Positions 13,571 through 26,577 of a DNA stretch of 64,000 nucleotides are shown piece after piece. Below the pieces are notes generated by a model. The model saw only the letters and a program-made list of their open reading frames with translations, searched no databases and had not been told where the DNA came from. The first letter of the stretch is position 1; every line of letters starts with the position of its first letter. This DNA is from Carcharhinus longimanus (Eukaryota), in NCBI GenBank assembly GCA_030264375.1, contig JASCQW010000139.1:35016251-35080250 (forward strand), given 5' to 3'. Position numbers and translations under genes: made by a program.

Positions 13571-13827
13571 TGGGTGTGGATTGGGGAAGGGGTGCTTGAG
13601 TGTGGGGGAGGGGGGGGGAGGTTCTTTGTACTAGGGGAGTGTTTGGGCTGGTGTGGGGTTGGATCCTGTTGGGTCAAGGGTAGTCAAATTGAGGAGCAGT
13701 TGGGGAATCCCATACAGGTGGAGGTGTGGGCAGTTAGCCATGTGAACAGTTAAATAGGGGAAGTTCTTTTGTATAGTTTGAATTATATGCTGCCTGCAAA
13801 AATAATATTAATGTTAATTCTAATTTG

Positions 13828-13957
13828 TTACAGCAAAAGTCTTAAAACTTAGCATGATTTAAAGTTTTAAGACTTTTGCTGTAAATTTGAACTTTGTGAC
13901 TGACTGAATCACACAGCATGACTTAGTGTGATTCATTCAGTCACAAAGTTCAAATTT
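13828..13957. repeat. Two adjacent near-perfect inverted repeats (23-bp and 32-bp stems) with 11-nt loops
   Basis: 13828-13850/13862-13884 is perfect; 13883-13914/13926-13957 matches 31/32. Loops are AGCATGATTTA and AGCATGACTTA. Confidence 0.95.
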
Positions 13958-14439
13958 TACCTTAGAAGTTATCAATCTTTATAGGGATCACAATACTCTT
14001 TTCTAATCATCTCAGAAAAACAAACTTTTAAACAGTGATTTGAAACACTGCAGAAAATATTAAATTCAAGATGTCGGTTTGTAAAAAAATAGTTTCAGCA
14101 AGACAAATGGTCATTGTGTTTTGTCAATACGAGTACTAGAACAATGAAAAGTAAGCGTGTTGGAGTATTTAAAGTCTAAGCATAATTCATCCTTTTTGTA
14201 AGGATTAATGATTTTTACTGAATAGTAGAGTGATACTTTATAGATTTGTGATTTGAATGTTTCTGGTTAAATATGCATGATGCCTAGAGGAAACCTAAAG
14301 TTTGTTCATTGGTAAACACAACCTCTGTGCACAGATTAGAAGGTCCAGTGAAATGTTCCCCAAACTCACCAAAGCAGAGCTCTGGCATCAACCTTTAGTG
14401 AAAATCTAGTGAGAAATTAGTTCAGAGTGATAGTACTGA

Positions 14440-15460
14440 GACACCTTTGTCTGTTAACATGGCCAAAATGCAAACTGTGACAAAAGCTCATGCAGGTGGA
14501 ATGGGACAACTTACTATCATTACACAAGAAATGCTGATAACAGCGGCAGAGAAGCAATTGCTTATGGATAAACTAGATCCATTACAACAAAATCATCAGA
14601 ATTCGGCCTGTTGGGAAAATATGGATGAATTAAAGGAAGTTCATAATTTAACTTTGGACAATGTGAGGATGTTAGTGAAGGGGAAGTTGCTGGTGCTGGG
14701 TAGCATTCTCTACCCCCTGATTTGCAAGGGAGAGATTGGATATTGGCAAACAGCCAAAATGAGCAACAAAAATACAGCCGATTTTGAATGAGTATTGGAT
14801 GGACAATCAGTAGAGGAAGTGCCAATTGAACCAAGATAACCATAGTTTAACAACAACCCAAAGAATCAGCAGAAGAATATGGGGAAAGAATGTTCAGGGC
14901 TTAAGCAGATGCTGGAGGGGTAGCTGACCCAAACAGGAATGATGACGTGTTTAGGCTTACTTAAAAAATCCTAAAAAAGGATTCAGTCCAGTCCTGACTA
15001 TGAATTGGGCTATGAAAGCAGAAGATAATCATAAAAAAAATTAAAAAATAATCCCAGTGCAGATCAATAAACCTCAGCCACAGGCACAGACCCTGGTTAG
15101 AGGTAAAGGAGTATGCTTTGTCTGTGGGGCAAGAAAGAGCCAGAGAATGTTGAAGCAAACCCATGGAGAGTAATAAATGTTGTAATTGTCAGAAAAAGGA
15201 TCATGACTTAAAGGACTGTTGACTGAAGGGAGGAGGGAAGGTAGGTCCTAGATGGGTGAGGCAACCCTCTGAGGCGCCACCCCAAGTACCAGCCCCAGTG
15301 CAGCAGACATCACAGACAGTAATCCAGATGAGTTGCAGAAGTTATTAGGACAGAAATGGCAATTACTGAGTATGGAGATTACAGAGCAAGATCCCTGCAT
15401 GTACATAAGGACAAAATTAGCGGGTTATCATTGTTCTATGTTAGTGGTACTGTAAGCAAG
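14440..15460 (+). mobile_element. Degenerate retroviral gag (+ protease start) remnant
   Basis: Capsid MHR-like N*TKITIV*QQPKESAEEYGERMF at about 14824-14895; exact CX2CX4HX4C knuckle CCNCQKKDHDLKDC at 15178-15219; broken protease-like KLAGYHCSMLV(D)T. Confidence 0.7.
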
Positions 15461-15862
15461 ATTGTGGGTAGTTGGCCATTCTTCTGGTAACGATTCCCAG
15501 AGGAACTCAAACCCCCTGTTAAACAGATGCCCTGAGAAAACCCCTCACAGTTAGTATTGCTCAGATTCCATTCTTTCCATTACAGTATTTCCACAAATGT
15601 TATGTTTTCATGTGGAAATTGCAGCAGACAAACTCATTTTACTCTATTTTACACTGGCTACGATTGTAAAGACATTCCTTCGCTTTTATTTTTAATCACT
15701 TTTTCACTCAGATAAAATTCTGTATGTTACAGAGAGGAGGGTTGGGGCATTAATTTAAATAACACTGATTCTCTTCTCACCACCCATCTATGAACAGAAA
15801 TATGTTTTAATTTGCTTCCCCATCTATAAGCGATGACACATTTCCAAACTCCTTGGTTTTGG

Positions 15863-17008
15863 TGTGATCTAATTCCTATTAATAACCCCAGCAAACTGAA
15901 GATGGGGATAAACTCAAAGGGTTAGTTTATTTGCACACACTCAATATGTGAGAGTGGGGTTGCAATGTTGTCTGCTTTGTATTCATACAGTAAAAGAGGG
16001 ATAGAGAAAAGAAAGATTTACAGCGTAGAGACCACAGAGAAAATAAATATTGTTTTATGTGGGTCCATTTCTGAGAAATGAGGTATTCCTTCATGGAAGT
16101 TGCTAAACTGAAAATCCAATGCTGAAAGATTCACTTTTCCTGATCACTTCACACAATGAAATAATCATGCAGAGATGACTCATTCTTACAAGTGATGGTA
16201 CAGAGATTCCAGCAGTAACAGTAGATTTGGCTGGGTATTCAATTTGGCCAGAGTTCCATTTCTTCATTGCTGCAAGGTAAAGGGTAAAATAGCATACTAA
16301 GATTTTGTAGTTTAGCAAGGCAATATTACTGGTTACACAAGCTGGAGATCCATGTCACATGACAACCACCTCTTCAGAGTGTTTTTGACAAAAGGTGTGT
16401 GTTGTATATTTGGGTAGATGTTTTGCTGCCACTTTGAGTCTACTCACATGTTTAGTTTGTGACTGCAGGCTTTTAATCAGTCTAGCCCGAGTTTCGTACA
16501 GTGAACAACTTCTCAATCAACCTGCCTTGTTCACTACAACTAACCCGTGTCCTGTGACTCCACTTTCTTTTATCCTCACGAGTGCAACATTCACAACAGT
16601 GTGTATCTCCCATCTGGGTTCCTGAGATGTTTAAATGTCTCAACCATTATGAAGTTCTTTGTCTTAGCATATGATTATACTCTATTGGCCAACCTGGATT
16701 ATGAAATGCAGATGGCCTTTTTAACCACTCTTGTTGAATTTGATCTGTGCATCTCGCAATGTATAGTTACTGTTATGAGGTGCAAATTTCTTCAATGCTG
16801 CCAGGTAGCTTTATTTCTTTGAGGGCTGTAGACAGACAGATTCAGCCATTTTGAAAGGTATTTGTCCAGTTTTTAAAGTTTTGGAAAAAGCTGTGAGAAT
16901 AATTATATGCATTTCAGAAAAGTATACAGTGTGAGGTCTTGATTCCCTCATATTCCTCAACTTCAGAGACCAAAAAAAACTATTTGTTTTAATACATGGT
17001 CTTACGAA
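15863..17008 (-). mobile_element. Possible long LTR remnant
   Basis: TGTGA at the left end and ggtcttac near the right end, with a minus-strand AATAAA near 15928. Composition is LTR-like; boundaries are uncertain. Confidence 0.3.
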
Positions 17009-17099
17009 AGAAGAATAGGAAGTAAAGAAGTGTGTGTCCATTATTTTATTATCACTGATTTGTCAAACATACAGCAGCAACTGTGGTTCTCTGCTACCT

Positions 17100-19615
17100 T
17101 TTCCTTTTGAGGTTTAAGTCTCTAAGTTAGGCTTTGGAAACAGATTGTTTTAAATGTAGGAGGCACCCTGTTGGATTGTCTTGTGATTTTACATTAAGGT
17201 GGGTGAGTATGGGATCCAATCTGATTGGATCTCTCTGTTAGTCAGTTGGATAGTAGGCTCCATGTCTATGATAGCACTTCTGCCTTCTAGTGGATAGCCA
17301 GTTTTCGCTGTACTTCATGTTGGATTTTCAACTAAATGAAACATCACCCTCACTCTTTCTGAGCCAATTTGGGAACTTTCTTGGTTCCAATTTAAATTCA
17401 CCATAAATCTTTTGGTGAAACTGATTGTTGTCTTCCTGCCTGGAGCTTTTGGTTTTGGAGGAGATAGTCTCCTAACTTGTCGCATGTTCCTGGAGCATCA
17501 CTGACCTCAAATGTCACTCCAGGTACCACCCTTTGGGCTCTTTGACTAGAGGAGGCATCTCACTTGCCAACTTCCTTTGTCCCTATTTAATGTCAAAAAG
17601 TTTCTGCCAACTGTACATCCAACAATTCCTTAACCTTGGCCTTGCCTGGTGTAATAGCTGGCTTTCCTTCAGGCTTATATACTATATTAGCCACCGTCCC
17701 TCATTATCTCTTTCCCTGCTCTAACTAGGATTTCTCTGGTCACTATTTAATTCAAAGACATTCTATGAAGCTACATATTCTTATTTTACTGGCCTGTCTT
17801 CAGTTGTGCTACATTTGAGCAGCACTCCTCAATGTTAATGGGTGTTATTACACCACTTTCACCATTCGGATCTTTCCCAGCAGGATTCTGCAGTGAACCT
17901 CTTAGTGGCTAACACCTTGCTGCCAGTCAAATCATTTCCGAGGATGAATTGATCTTTGTTGCTGGTAGTTCAGGAACAACTGCTACCAACTCAAGGACTG
18001 GAGCAAGGTAACATTCTTGGTAGACCTAATGGAAGGTTGCAAACACATCTGCCAGGTAGGTTTAAGTTTCCTCCAATATTAAGAACTGAGTGGCTCCTAT
18101 GTCCCTGACAGTACATTGGACTTTCTCATGTTCTGGGATGTGTATGGGGACACTGACTGAGAAGGCAAAACTCAAAATCCCTGGAAATTTGTCCAGCTCT
18201 GAAACACATAGTACGATGCATTCCAAAGGGTATGTTTCTGTAGTGAGAGTCTTTGCCTTTTCTGCTACACCAGTCAATAGATGTCCTTCAGAACAATTAG
18301 ACCTACAGGCTTCCCTTGCAATCTCCAGTACTCGGGTCTGGAATGGCCTATTTTATTGCAATGAAACACATTGGTCTCCAGGGGCTCTCCTTTCGGGCTG
18401 CAGGATGGTTTCTCGCACCCTCCTTTTTTGGGTGGGAGGAGTGGAGGGGGTGTGCTTTCCTATCTAGGTCAACCTGCTCATCTTTGTAATATTCATGCAG
18501 ATGGTTTGGAAAAGATCTGTCTGAGTTTCCAGGTCTCTGGGTGAGATTGGAGTAGTCACAGCAGATAGCTCCATTACAAGCTGCAGGGATTCTTTTCTCC
18601 TCTAAGTGCTTCTGCACGTTGAAGGGCAACTAACTTTTGAATTAGTCTGACAATCCCAACTCACGCAATCCTTTGCACATGCGTGGGATTCTTAAGAAGA
18701 TTATCCAACAGTCAAATGCAATTTGCTTCAGCCATTTAAACTCATTGTAGGTTTGTGTGGGCTTTTTGCAATTGTTGCAGAATTGCTGGTGATTATTCTC
18801 CGGAACTTGTAAGCACTTAGGATGGAAGCCTTGGTCTGCTTATAATTCATTTACTCAACAGGAGTCAGCATGGAGTGGATCTCTTGAGCTCTCCCCTAAA
18901 ACTGCCCTTGAATTAAAAATCTCCAGATCTCTGATGGCCATTTTAGCTATTCTGCTATTTTCTCAGAAGTGGCAAAAAATATGACTCCACATCACACTCT
19001 GAATTTGGGAACGAATCTGGAATACCTGCAGTACTCAGATAGTGGTTCTGGGTAGGGAGATTTCCCTCACAGCTTCCAGCTGCCTGGTCTCCCTCTCCCT
19101 TTGATCTGTTAGCTCCATTTCCAATCTTCTGAGATGGAATTCTCTTTCCCTTTCCTGTTCCCTTTCCAGAGATATTTCTTTCTCTCTCTCCTTATATTCG
19201 AGCTGTATTCTGAGCATTTCCAGCTCAAATTTTACTGGAGAGGAGATTCAGAATCATGGTTAAGCCCGACATCTAATTGCTATATTGGTAAGACGGGATA
19301 CAGATGTTCTCCCAACAGTTGGATCAGCTCACTTCTCTTCAATTTACTAGGCAATTTTAACTGTAATTCCCTAGCTACAGCTTTTTGTTGTTCTGTGTTG
19401 CGAGCTGCCACGGTTTGACTGTTCAAATTTTCTTGTTTAACCCACATCTGGGCATCAAATGTTGCCATCATCTCATTGTTAGGGAAAGGGAATTTGCTTG
19501 TGTTTGAAACTTTGTTCCTGCTCCTGGGATTTTCTGTTTTGGCGCTTGTATCAGATTTGACTCGTCTTAAGACTGTGGTCAAATTCAAATGGATGATCCC
19601 AGATCTGAGCCCCTA
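17100..19615 (-). mobile_element. Gypsy (Gmr1-like) LTR retrotransposon internal remnant: gag, zinc knuckle and protease
   Basis: Gag-like ...VARELQLKLPSKLKRSELIQLLGEHL and an E/R-rich coiled coil; frameshifted CF/HCNKIGHSRPEYW knuckle near 18340-18372; protease-like VRDIGATQFLIL; degenerate tRNA-Pro-like PBS at 19596-19615. Confidence 0.7.
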
Positions 19616-20334
19616 GACTGGAGGGGAGTTAATTTAAACAGTTTTGAGTCATCCTGTCACCATTCCTATCTAAGCAGAATAGTGTTTTGATTTGTTTCTC
19701 CCTTTCAGAGGACTGAGGGGCCTGTTCCTNNNNNNNNNNNNNNNNNNNNNNNNNNNNNNNNNNNNNNNNNNNNNNNNNNNNNNNNNNNNNNNNNNNNNNN
19801 NNNNNNNNNNNNNNNNNNNNNNNNNNNNNGGGACTCATCTGACTCCCCAAAGCCTGGCCACCATTTCCTCTTCCCTGGATGAGTGCAGTTTCAGGAAAAA
19901 GCAGCTTGCATTGATCAGCTCTCCATTCGCAACTGTAAACATTCACTTCTTCCATCACTCTTGCACAGTGACAGGAGTGTATGCCATAAAGAAGATTACT
20001 GCAGCAATTTGCTACAGAATTCCGTTTCTAACCTCCTGTAGCCAGAGTAATTGTATGGCTGATCTAGTTAAGTTTCTGCTCTGAAACATTAATAATTCTT
20101 CTCTGTCCACAGTGTCACTAGACCTGTAATTTCCACATTTTATTTCAGATTTCTAGAATCTGTGGGATTTTGCTTTTGATGTTAAAGGTCCCTGGACACA
20201 GATAAGGCTGGAAATCCAGCTGACATTCTGCCAAAAAAGCAATTTAACGATAATCTGCCATTCTGCCTATTCACATATTTGTAGGACCTTGATACAGAAT
20301 CAAAGAATCTTGTAGTACATGAGGCTATTTAAAT

Positions 20335-21101
20335 TGTGATGATACTTTGCCTTTAAGGAATGTATTTTAGTCATGTTTCTGTGCTGAATGTGTTTACTAG
20401 ACTGTTTCATTTTATTGGGGCCATTTTGTCTGCAACTTAGCACTGTGTTGTTACGACAGCAACATAATTGACCTTAGTTGATGCAGTGTTTGTTTTGATC
20501 TGAACTATTGGCGAGTTCTCTAGTTTTGTGTTTTTCCTCGGGATATTGTGGAGTGGGGGTTGATTGCTAGGTAAGGCCATATGACTGGACACAGCCAGCC
20601 TTAGAGAACTCGAACCCAGTCTGCTTTTTGGGAGAGGAAGTGCCCCTCTTTTCCCTTCTGAGGTCTGGAGACTAGAATCTGCCAGGAAACTAATCTTTTC
20701 TTCTGAGATTCTACCATTTGCGGATGGAAGTTGCAGCATTAAAGTTAAAAGACTGGTGTCTGCCTGCATCACTCTCCACAATGTGAAAGGGCTGGAAATA
20801 TACTACCTAATTAAGTATCTTTGGTTTTTCTGCTAACTGGTTCTAAAGAAGGGATCTGCTAAATTGGAACAATAGAGATAGCTAGTGATTAAGAATTACA
20901 CTTTGTCATATTTAAGTATTTTAATTTGTAAAAATTATGCTAATTCTTTTTGTTATATTCTGTATTCTTAAAGTTGGTTTTGATAAAATCTTTCTAGTGG
21001 GTCATTTAAATTATACCTGGAGTGAAACAAATCAAATGTGAAAGTTAGGGTCGAGGCTAACTTCATAAAATATGTTGGAGTTTCTGATCTGGTCCTTAAT
21101 A
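20335..21101 (+). mobile_element. Probable solo Gypsy-type LTR
   Basis: Starts TGTGATG and ends ...tctgatctggtccttaata, resembling a decayed AACA terminus. AT-rich U5-like region; no clear target-site duplication. Confidence 0.4.
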
Positions 21102-22109
21102 AGTAAAGATGTTTGTTGCACATCCCATAACTTCCAAATTAGTTTTCTTCTAGTACATATCTAATTGTCTTTTTAAATCAGATTCCACAGTAATTTTAAT
21201 CATTCTTGCCACAGAGCTCACTAAGCCACATTGTGAAGAAATTTCTTATTTCTCCTCTGGTTCTTTTGGCAATAACTAATGCTTTCTGCAAATGTATTTT
21301 ATCCTTTACAACATCTTGGTCTCTTTCTGATGCATTTGTGTGAAGGCCCTTATCTGCTGTTCCAGATAGTTCAGATGAATGTTGAAGATCCCATTCAAAA
21401 CAGGGCACTCTGTCAGTCAACATTCTTCTCTCTACTATCACCATCAAATTGATTAGTTAGCCTTACACCACATTGCCGACTGTGTTTGGAGTCTTGCTAT
21501 ATTCAAAAAATGCCTGCCACATTTGCTCAACGAACAACAGTTTGAAGTAAATCATAAAGTCAAGCATATCCTACACTTTCTATACATTAAATTTTTTATA
21601 AAATTTCAGCTGCTGAATTCAAACTCTCGATAAGAACATACATTAAAACTTATTAAGTTGAGTAATTTTCCAAGAACAGTTTCTTCCCTGGTACCATCAG
21701 ACTTTTGAATGAGAATACCTCTACATTCTAACTAGCACTGAAACAATATCCTGTCACAATATATTCTGTACACTCCCCTTTACTTCCTTACGGACTCGAT
21801 GAACTTGTGCTTTGTCTGTACCGGGGAAGAGTTTTCACTGTATGTGACAATTATAAATCAAATCACTATGGGACAATTATAAAACAAGCCTGGCGCTGAC
21901 ATGAACTTTAAATTTAAAATAAATCACACCACAGTTCACGATTCAACGTTTTTTCAAGCGTGTAAGGTGCTCTCAATGATGATGTTGACAGCACAACCAG
22001 TTATAGAGGAACCATGTTCCTCCTCCACCCCAGTTCTNNNNNNNNNNNNNNNNNNNNNNNNNNNNNNNNNNNNNNNNNNNNNNNNNNNNNNNNNNNNNNN
22101 NNNNNNNNN

Positions 22110-23230
22110 NNCTCCTTGAAGTTCTAAGGCGGCCTCACAGTTCTCAGACGCAGCCTGAATCCTGTTTGTCTGTCGCTTCCCCACTACCCACTTCATCCAC
22201 AACCACACTTGCTGGCACCCTAGTTGATAATTGACGGCTGAGGAACCAATCGGCGAACAGAAGCGGGCATCAATCAGGCCTGGACACACCCCCCAGCCGC
22301 TCTGCTCCAATCGAATCGCACAGCAAGTTCGGTTTCCTCGTTTCACATTGTGCGTATGTTTTCATTAAAGGACAAATTTTCATTTAAAATGCGGAAATCT
22401 GACGCGTGCAGCACCGCTTCTTCCGCAGACACAATTTGCTGTGCGAATCACTCCGGGTTTAAAAAGTACTTTTTCCCCCTCACCGTTTAACCGCCGCTTC
22501 TAACCTTTCACCTCAGCGATATCAGACCCCGCGCTGCTGACTGGCGGTTGATGGACAGCGGCTGTGTCCAATCAGCGGAGGGGGGCGGGCTCAGGCCGGG
22601 TGGCGGGCTCCAGGCTGCAGCCNNNNNNNNNNNNNNNNNNNNNNNNNNNNNNNNNNNNNNNNNNNNNNNNNNNNNNNNNNNNNNNNNNNNNNNNNNNNNN
22701 NNNNNNNNNNNNNNNNNNNNNNNNNNNNNNNNNNNNNNNNNNNNNNNNNNNNNNNNNNNNNNNNNNNNNNNNNNNNNNNNNNNNNNNNNNNNNNNNNNNN
22801 NNNNNNNNNNNNNNNNNNNGTCCCTGACCGGCCGCCCCGCCGGCCACCCTCCCGCCCTTCCCGGAGCCGGCCGGCCGCCCGGCTGGCTGGACCATGGCGC
22901 CGCTGCTGGGCAGGAAGCCATTCCCGCTGGCCAAGCCGCTCACCGACCTGTCGGCGGAGGAGACCATCTATGTGATCGAGCACAGCGGCGAGGGCTTCAG
23001 GAGCAACGAGTATCCTTAGAGCCGAGCCGGTGACTCTTTTAGGCGGAGCCGGGGGGCCCGGCCTTGGGCGAGAGACGGCTTCTCCCCAGGGACAGGGCCT
23101 AGGTTTTGAGGGCAGGAGCCGGCGACTTTCCTGCTGCCAGGGAAAGGGAGTGAGAGAGGGGGAAGAGCGCCGTGTTGTCAAACTGCGTGTCAACGCTGGC
23201 CTGACCCGCTATAATGTCCTCCCGAGTGAA
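22110..23230 (+). promoter_or_regulatory. CpG island / BAZ1B promoter with CCAAT boxes and a GC box
   Basis: Sharp rise in GC and CpG content around exon 1. CCAAT at 22246, 22307 and 22568 (TCAAT at 22270), GGGGCGGG near 22582, strong Kozak ACCATGG at 22891-22897. Partly hidden by an N gap at 22623-22819. Confidence 0.8.
22894..23009 (+). CDS. BAZ1B: BAZ1B (WSTF, Williams syndrome transcription factor) coding exon 1, start of the WAC domain
   Basis: MAPLLGRKPFPLAKPLTDLSAEETIYVIEHSGEGFRSN(E), matching human MAPLLGRKPFPLVKPL. Ends GA|GTATCCTT. Confidence 0.97.
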
Positions 23231-26200
23231 TGTTTCAACTCCACAAGTTAGTCATTGTCAGGAGGCCTGATGGTGCCAGCCTGGGCCTACTCTCAGACAG
23301 CTTTACTGTGCCACCCTGAAGGAGACTGAGTGAAGTCGGGCAGCCAACTTTCCAGCTAGCTCACAAACTGTGGCCGACCTGAGGATCCTTATTTAATTCC
23401 TTTTTATCACTGGACCTGATCTACAGATACAGTCAAAGGACTGGTCCAGCCTTTCCCTGCCTACTTCTAAAGTTGCTGCAGCATCAGCCTTCTTGTTCAG
23501 GCAGTGAACGGTTTAAGTTATATTTGAAACTTTCTGCAGTTCGTTGCCCAAATTGATTTTTCTGATCACCTTGGATGTGTTTAATCAATTAGCTTCTTGT
23601 AGAAACGAAATTTGCAAATGCTGGAGATCTGAACTACAAACTGAAAGTGCTGGAAGCACACCTCAGGCAGGTCAGCATCCGGAACCAAACGGGTGTGATA
23701 AAAGGAGCCCCGTCTGAAATGTTAACTCATCTATTCCCTTAATAAGATGCTAATGGATCTGCTGTGTGCTTTGATTATTAGTCAGAGATAAATGAGCTAC
23801 TTCTAATATTCCATTTGTAATATGGACGTGTCTATCTTATGTGGAGCTTTTAGAATATTTTTGTTACTTTCACATCTATTGATTTGAAAATTAATTTTGC
23901 AAGAATAGCATGGAGTAGGGGTAGGAGGCTTTTAAATAGTTCAGATTTTTTCTTTGACATGCAGTTTCTTGTGTTCTGAACACAAGAAATGATGTATTCA
24001 TGAATTTTTTTTACTTCTGATATGTGTTAAACTACAGAGGTACTACCTAGTCATTCATGGGACGTTTTATACTTGACTTACAGAGGGGAGTTTAGGCAAT
24101 TGCTTTGAAACACTTTAAGAAGATGCTAGTTTTTGAACAAAAGGCTTAAGAAGTGTAAGTGGAAAGGAAATTAAATTCTTTTGAAAGTAATGTATACTTC
24201 AATTGCAGCAAAAAGACTTAATTAATTTGTTTCTCATTCCTTAGCTGGTTGCTATGCCTGCTTAACTCTTCTAGTGGCTCAGGCTCACAAATCTGTTTGA
24301 TATGCCTTGTGGAAGGTGTTATGATTGCATGCAAACTTTGCTGTTTAAATGTGCTCGTAAGGATTTATGAGAAGGGCAAAACTTTGTATAAAATAAAATT
24401 TAAACTTTTAGAGTTAAACCAAGAGTTTGTATAACATATCCAGTTTGTTTATTATCATAGTTTGGAATCTGGAGTTTAGAGCACATACTATTTTGATCAA
24501 TAGCATACTGCTTTCACTGAGATCTGTAAGAATGATACTGCAATCTTCTGAATATATCCTTCGAGTTCAGTTGTTTAACTTAGGTCATAGTTCAGAACTT
24601 TACCCATCGTAGCTTCCTGGCTATCAAGCTGCTTTGGGTGTAATATTTCATGTTTGGGAGCCTTAAAAATGTTTTAAAAGTGCTGTAAAATTGTTTTATT
24701 TGGTCAGTGCTTGTTTATAATTGGTGCTACTCTGTATGTGTTTCAGTGAACTCTTCAGACTAGGGGTTGAGTGACAGGAGTGCAGAAACTTGGTAACTGT
24801 CAGTTCTTGTGGTGGAATGGTATTTATTGGTGTTTTATCTCAAGCTTGTTTTATACTTGGAAGCAAAGCTCATTTTGATCAGTCCTTGTATGTCTGTGAA
24901 TGGTGCTGAAAGACTGGGAAAAGTCAAAAAACTTCATTTCACGTTTTTAGAAAAGACTTGCGAATTATGGTCATGGGATCTTTCTTTCCCCCGACCATCT
25001 AAATTTAACACCACTGAGAAAGGAGTTATTGTAGTGTTGGCTTCTGGAACTGTGTACACACCAATTAAGATTTATGAATACGTTGCAACTTTCTTAGAAT
25101 TGTCTAAGTCTCAAGAATCTGTCCAAACTTTAAAAATATGGGACATCTCCTGAGGTCTTGTGGCAGTATTGAAGCAGTGAAGATTACTGAATACAGTTTG
25201 AGTAGCCGTTGGTTACAATCAATCTTAGTATCCCTGAGCTAGGAAAAGATTAGTTATATTTTTCCAGTACTGATAGTGAGCAGGCGATGTCCATTGGAAA
25301 AGTGTAGGCGGGAACAAGATTGTGATCTTAAGTGTCCATAGTTTAACTGGTTGTTGAAACTGCTGCTGATTCGCATTATTACTGACGGGTAATACCCGAT
25401 CATGTGTTTTTCAGGATAATGCAGAAAAGGCCAAGCAGCAATGGTTACGTTTCTTCAATGATGACAAATCCTCGATGTAGGTCCCACTTCTATTTAGAGA
25501 TGGTTTGAGCAAGCAACTTTTCAACAGACATGTCCCAGGCAACATTCAATCCAGTAATGTAAATTCTCAGATAGACACAAAAAGAAGTGATTCCATAGTT
25601 GTTGTAGCTTACTCTACATGTGATTGGTGATTTTTTTACACATACGCAACTGCCTCCCACCAAGAAGTCTCTTGACTTGAATCCAGTGTTATATTTTTGA
25701 CAACTAGAAATTGATGGCTGCTTGGAAATTTTATTTTAAATCCTGCATTTACCTGTAAAACCCTTTCCATAATAGTGGTCAGTCTGGGTAACATGTCACA
25801 TTGTTGTCAAAACACCGATTTAATGTATTAATACCTGTAGGCTGCAGTAAGAATTGCAATAAATATGTAAACAAATGCCCTTTAATGTGGGATATCATCT
25901 AATCACTTCTTGTTGCTCCTGCTGTTACCGTGACCAGTTCCCTACTGTTCAGATGTTTCTTTTGTGCAATCCAAGCCTGAAATTTAATTGCATGGCTGGA
26001 TACTTTTCATCGTGCAAAATTTCATCTGTTCAAAACCACAGTGTAAGCACACGTTTTAGTGATGGAATCTTTTAGTCCTGTTTAGATAATAGATTGTTGT
26101 TAACCTTAAGTTACACATAAAGAAGTTAATGTGTAGGTTCAGTTGGCAGTTAGGAAGGCAATGTTAANNNNNNNNNNNNNNNNNNNNNNNNNNNNNNNNN

Positions 26201-26577
26201 NNNNNNNNNNNNNNNNNNNNNNNNNNNNNNNNNNNNNNNNNNNNNNNNNNNNNNNNNNNNNNNNNNNCTTTTCTGGACCACAGTCTATAAAACAAAATCT
26301 GGCATGTTTAGCTTAGTTTTGTCCTAACTTTTTGAGATTTACACATTGACAGAGAGTAGAGCAAGAATAACGTAAAAGCCAATTGCTGAATGAAGCTTTA
26401 TAGAAAGGGGATAAGGTGGTGAAAAATATTTTATTAAACGTACAATAGATCCATCAAATACAGCCACATTATTCATTGTTTGGTAAGCATTAGATTGACT
26501 CAATGGTGTTCACAGTCATTCTTATTATTGACCATGATGATCAACTTGCAGACTGAGAACACATTATAGATGCAAGA

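Noticed and set aside
22508-23251. Multiple overlapping ORFs around exon 1
   Set aside because: Artefacts of high GC content and an N gap; only the MAPLLGRK frame is supported.
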